This document shows positions 62,316-64,000 of a stretch of 64,000 nt of DNA, in pieces. The notes under the pieces were generated by a model. The model saw nothing but the letters and a program-made list of their open reading frames with translations. It was not told the origin of the DNA and did not search any database. The position numbers and the translations under genes were made by a program. The stretch lies in the IMG/VR virus record IMGVR_UViG_3300030102_007483, positions 7,673 through 71,672 of that record; one strand, 5' to 3'. Numbering within the stretch: position 1 is the first letter of the stretch; every line of letters starts with the position of its first letter. This DNA is from a virus.

Positions 62316-62867
62316 ATGCCAGACGACACTACAGTTCAGATGCCCAGTCCGCCAAACATTGAAGAGGCACCTGCAAGCCAATCATTACATATGGTTCCAA
62401 CATCAGTCGTCCCCGCAGGAGAGCAGGAGGTAGCGGCGATGTTGGCAGAGCAGGCACGATTCAATGACGAGCCCGAAATGAAAGCTGTCGCGGGTCAGTT
62501 GTTGGCGGCCGGTCACACGGTGAGGTCAACGTCGAGGAGACTCGGAATACGAGCATCGACAGTTTGGTCGTGGTCGAAGGAGCCAAACATCGCAGAGGCA
62601 ATGGCGGCAGGCGTAGAGAGGCGTAAGTCTGCGCTCGGACAGGGACTTGAAGAGGCTGCGCATCAGGCGCTCGGTGCATTGCTCGAGGTCGCTAATGATG
62701 TGGGCGCTCAGCCAAAGGACAGAGTTAAGGCATCCGAGGCGATCCTTGACAGGTGTGGGATCACGCCAGACGTCAATGTTGCCAGTACTCAGGTTGGAGT
62801 GACCGTTGATGTTGACTTTGACGAGAGGTTGGCGCGCATTGTAGCCGGAGCAAAAACTGAAACGTGA
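62316..62867 (+). CDS. terS: Terminase small subunit (putative)
   Basis: HTH (RSTSRRLGIRASTVWSW) followed by DRVKASEAILDRCG, a common TerS oligomerisation motif. Confidence 0.7.
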   Translation: MPDDTTVQMPSPPNIEEAPASQSLHMVPTSVVPAGEQEVAAMLAEQARFNDEPEMKAVAGQLLAAGHTVRSTSRRLGIRASTVWSWSKEPNIAEAMAAGVERRKSALGQGLEEAAHQALGALLEVANDVGAQPKDRVKASEAILDRCGITPDVNVASTQVGVTVDVDFDERLARIVAGAKTET

Positions 62868-62906
62868 TTCGTGTTATGCGGTATGCTGATGCTGTTGGAG
62901 GCAACA

Positions 62907-63218
62907 ATGCACGGACCAAAGATTATGATCATCGCGAAGAAAGAAATGATGGGGGACGAGATGCCTGATTTTGATGGCGATTCCTTTCATGATGCGCGAA
63001 AGAAGATGATGAAGGAAAAGCCAACGGATAGCAAATATCCTGAGGATCCGCATGATGCGATGAAGGCCATGGCAGAGGAATTGTACAAGGCCTCGAAGAT
63101 GCATGCTGGTCAAGCTGATAAGTTGATGGAGTTGTGCGAGCAGATGTATGGCAAAAAGGAAGAGCCATTTGTAGCGTCGGGGCACAATCCGCATGGAAAG
63201 AAGTCGTCAATGTATTGA
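62907..63218 (+). CDS. Small Met/His-rich hypothetical protein
   Basis: SD GGAGG; ELYKASKMHAGQA motif. Confidence 0.65.
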   Translation: MHGPKIMIIAKKEMMGDEMPDFDGDSFHDARKKMMKEKPTDSKYPEDPHDAMKAMAEELYKASKMHAGQADKLMELCEQMYGKKEEPFVASGHNPHGKKSSMY

Positions 63219-63293
63219 TGCGCTCGAAAAAATGCCAGTACTCTGGTTGTTGGTTGCCGTTTGGCTCTGGGCTTTGATTGGATTGGCAGTCAT

Positions 63294-63336
63294 AAAAAAA
63301 CCCCCAACCGGCGAAAGTGCAGAACCGGAAGGGGGT
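63294..63336 (-). terminator. Intrinsic terminator ending the leftward operon
   Basis: Minus strand: ACCCCCTTCCGG...CCGGTTGGGGG-TTTTTTT. Confidence 0.7.
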
Positions 63337-63422
63337 CAGCGGGTGTTACCCCGCGATGTTTCGGACTGACCAGTGGTCGTGTGTCCTTTATGCTGAACCT
63401 TAGGCTGCGTCAACCTGCAGCG

Positions 63423-64000
63423 CTAGTGCATCAGAAAGATGATGTATTGTTGTTTGGTTTGGTGGTTGCTGCACAAACCGCATGAGTTGCAGTCGATGCC
63501 GCGTTGAGTTTGTGCGGGACAGACAACACCAAGCTTGCCTGATGGTGTTCTGAATTTTTCACCGTTCCATACTGGAAGATGTTTCAGCGAAGTCCGTTTG
63601 CTGTCGGGAGTTCGGAAGGGCACTGTTTGAGCGACGTGCCAGCCATCGGATAGTAGTTTGTCAGATTGTTCGAAGGTCTCGGTGCTTGCCATCGAGAGGC
63701 CTTTGAGGTGGGAACCTTTGGACTCGGCGAAGTGAGTGTAGATGAGCAAGCCTTTGAAGCCTGCTGCCTTGAACTTGTTGGTCCAGTGTTGGACGACTGA
63801 TCTGCTGAATATCCATGGATCACCACCAACTGCTGCTCGTCCGTATTGAGCTGAACGTCTGGACTTGTCGATTGCACGGTCAATACTGTAGCGTGAGGGG
63901 TCAGTTGCGTTGCGGCGTTGCATACCTGAATGTGCAGCGACTGGCATGCCACGCCAGTAGTAACAACCGTTGTCTCGCATTGGGCAGCCATCGCATGACT
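63423..64000 (-). CDS. Cys-rich GP88/DUF7227-like Fe-S (radical-SAM-like) protein, 5'-truncated by the window
   Basis: The frame stays open to the edge and reads SCDGCPMRDNGCYY; also AVGGDP, YTH, ASTET and C-terminal VCPAQ...CNSCGLC. Confidence 0.7.
   Translation of the reverse strand, partial: SCDGCPMRDNGCYYWRGMPVAAHSGMQRRNATDPSRYSIDRAIDKSRRSAQYGRAAVGGDPWIFSRSVVQHWTNKFKAAGFKGLLIYTHFAESKGSHLKGLSMASTETFEQSDKLLSDGWHVAQTVPFRTPDSKRTSLKHLPVWNGEKFRTPSGKLGVVCPAQTQRGIDCNSCGLCSNHQTKQQYIIFLMH

Noticed and set aside
63355-63400. Hammerhead ribozyme suggested by GGAC...GTCC-GAAAC
   Set aside because: The required CUGANGA core is missing; kept only as a generic structured-RNA candidate.
1-64000. Stop-codon reassignment, tRNA/rRNA genes, integrase or IS elements, phage RNA polymerase
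   Set aside because: All three stop codons end genes with tight start/stop coupling and core genes are uninterrupted; no matching motifs were noticed by eye (not a substitute for tRNAscan or HMM searches).
1-64000. Host assignment (marine delta-proteobacterial-like host suspected)
   Set aside because: Rests only on a general impression of gene content and fibre motifs; it needs spacer, prophage or phylogenetic evidence.

Overview
The window is a near-complete, gene-dense genome of a tailed dsDNA phage of podovirus type (P22/T7-like portal, nozzle and ejection proteins), read in the standard genetic code. No integrase, tRNA, rRNA or CRISPR array is visible. Layout: (i) 52-1588, a ~1.5 kb apparently non-coding control region with a boxA-like antitermination motif, three regularly spaced palindromes and 32-33 bp tandem repeats; (ii) 1.6-7.5 kb, small regulatory/Zn proteins and an orphan capsid-decoration gene; (iii) 7.5-15.1 kb, a leftward packaging operon (TerL, portal, scaffold, small basic proteins) diverging from (iv) 15.3-48.4 kb, the rightward capsid, tail, ejection (including a 2847 aa polyvalent protein), fibre and lysis genes; (v) 48.4-62 kb, an XRE repressor-like gene and a replication/recombination operon (SNF2 helicase, Cas4-like nuclease, Sak4-like ATPase, SSB, UDG-PolA fusion, TIR/NDT-fold protein, lone Rad50-like ATPase, DUF927 helicase); (vi) TerS and the end of a leftward operon. 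The strongest candidate for an undescribed system is the replicase. It is a family A polymerase whose catalytic residues are intact but whose steric gate (E710 to H) and several base-reading residues are replaced. It is fused to a UDG domain with a remodelled uracil pocket, lies next to a nucleoside-deoxyribosyltransferase/TIR-fold gene, and no primase is recognisable in the window. All family assignments come from reading motifs by eye; no database searches were run.
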